Shown: positions 62,004-64,000 of the stretch, piece by piece | Position numbering within the stretch: the first letter of the stretch is position 1 | How the letters are laid out: each line of letters opens with the position of its first letter | NCBI RefSeq assembly: GCF_006345805.1 | Contig: NC_043001.1 | Coordinates: forward strand, 121,582,001-121,646,000 | DNA length: 64,000 nucleotides | DNA from: Octopus sinensis | Taxonomy: Eukaryota | Direction: 5' to 3' | The notes under the pieces: model-generated | What the model was told of the DNA's origin: nothing | Databases searched by the model: none | Seen by the model: only the letters and a program-made list of their open reading frames with translations | Made by a program: the position numbers and the translations under genes

Positions 62004-64000
62004 ATAAATATTAGGGAATAAATCCAAACTTACAGGGAAAAATCAGACTAGGATTGAATCCAATTTTATAGTAAAATATTATATTATATTAAATTTGAAT
62101 ATGTTAGCAGGCATGAAACAATCGTAGTGTGATATTAATTATATTTTTTTAATAATTTTGTTATATATTTAAATAATATAAATTAATCATATGTATTGGC
62201 TTAAGTTTTTCATTGTTTGATTTGCCTAATAGTGGTTTTGTCTCTAATTTAATATAATATATATATATATATAACCTATGCAGTAGAGAAATATACTGAG
62301 CAAATTTAATTATTTCTCTGTAAATTGGACAAAAAAATTATGAACAACTTAAACTGATTTCAAACCTTTTTGGACTCTCATCAGGTGAGTCTATATCCAT
62401 TTCACCAATTCCACAGAAACGAACAGCCCATTCTGTTTATCCAGTAGCTCCACATAACTAGGGCTCCTTATTTGCATACTGCAAATGTCTGACACTTTAT
62501 TCGATAACAGGGGACACACACACACATATGCAGACAGAAAGAAGGAAAGACAGGAACAAAGAAAGAAAGAAAGAATGAAAGAAAGAAAGGAAGGAAGAAA
62601 GAAAGAGTGATTATTGATACAATGGTGTAAGGCTGTGAGTGCAGGTGACATATTTTACATATGCTTGGCAATCTCTCTAGAGCTGATACCATTAATAAAA
62701 TTTTTCACCATTGTACTTTGTAAAGTGGTGGGCATCAGGAAAGGATCCAGCTGTAGAAATCATGCACAAAAGAGAAGTCATACATGTGAAAATGTGATCT
62801 GTGACCAATGAGAACTGACTCGGACTGTGATGACATGTCCAACCCATGCCAGCATGGAAATGGAAAGCAGATGGACAATTATGATGATGATGATCATAGG
62901 GATATATATATATATATATGTCATCATCATCATGTCTGCTTGTGTATCTGTTTGTGTGTGTGTGTGTGTATGTATGTATATGTATATATATATATATATA
63001 TATATTTATATTTATACTTAAGTATGATTCCAGTAAAAACCTTGTAGAATGTTATGCAAGGCTCATCCACAGTTATTGGCTACCTGATGTCATCATACAG
63101 TAGAAATGCGCCTGCTACTAGATCTACATCAGGAATTCCACAATATCTGTAGAGTTTATATATATGTACACACATAATATATAAATGTATATATGCATAT
63201 GTGCCTGCATGTGTGTGTGTGTGTAGTGTATACAAAAAGAATCCAGACCTGGTACTGATAGTCTTTGAAAAAGACATAGCTATAACAAAATTTGATAGTA
63301 GTTCACAAACATAACAATAACTAGAAAAACACCAATAATGTTAGATTTCTATAATAATGATGATATTTATAATAAATACAGTGACTTGTTTTTCTCTTCT
63401 CAAGGCATAATTTAACAAATATTGTATAGTAGAGCCATTTGTTGTATGTGTGTCCATATACGTTTGTATATGTGGAGAGGTATTGGATTTTGTTACTTTG
63501 TTACTTTTGCAAAGCCAATAGTAATGCCATTCTCATGTTTTCCAGCATGTAAGAAGATTTTACATGAGTGCTCAATGAGTTAGAAGTAGCAACCAAATCT
63601 GCTTTAAATGATTCCCGTTTATTGTCTGAAGTAAGGAATAATCATATTAGCCAACGCAGTTCAAATATAAAAAACCTTAAAAGTACAAAATGGTCACAGC
63701 TGGAATGACTCTGATCATAGGCCTATTCAATCAGGGTTAACCCAGGGTTAAACAACAACAACAATAACATAACAGCAACAACAACAACAACAACAACATC
63801 AATAACTTGGCTTCTGGAAGATTTCCTTAGAATATTCAACTAATAATGATTTCTTTCAATGAAGCATAAGGCAAAATTTTCGTATTGAGGTGGGTTTGAA
63901 TTTTTTTTTTTATGTGTGAATGCTTTAAATCTGATTTGGCAAATAATGATGCCATGGTTTACAGGTTTAAAATAGCAAGAATAACAAGGGAGTATCTGTA

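Noticed and set aside
63084-63146. RYCGIPDV as an MMP cysteine switch (PRCGVPD)
   Set aside because: The motif is imperfect and no catalytic HEXXHXXGXXH exon follows in the window.

Overview
AT-rich animal genomic DNA, dense in repeats and microsatellites. The repeat families look like those of Octopus or another coleoid cephalopod; this is an inference from pattern recognition, not a search result. Two housekeeping genes can be rebuilt exon by exon, with GT-AG splice sites in phase, and they sit head-to-head with only 358 bp between their start codons. NUP160 is on the minus strand: 19 coding exons from 30003 down to 378 (about 767 aa), continuing off the left edge. SNRPC (U1 snRNP protein C) is on the plus strand: 6 exons, 30362-40571, 182 aa. 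The introns and the 41-64 kb region are filled with tRNA-derived SINEs, RTE LINE fragments, Helitrons, Tc1/mariner and hAT remnants, TTAA-flanked MITEs and several long palindromes with Penelope-like ends. No third gene could be identified with confidence. Two competing low-confidence spliced models for the 46.8-63.1 kb region are given as findings. The most testable oddities are an in-frame alternative 5' splice site in NUP160 exon 1, a candidate poison exon in SNRPC intron 2, and recurrent 150-600 bp intronic hairpins. No prokaryote-type system (CRISPR etc.) is present.
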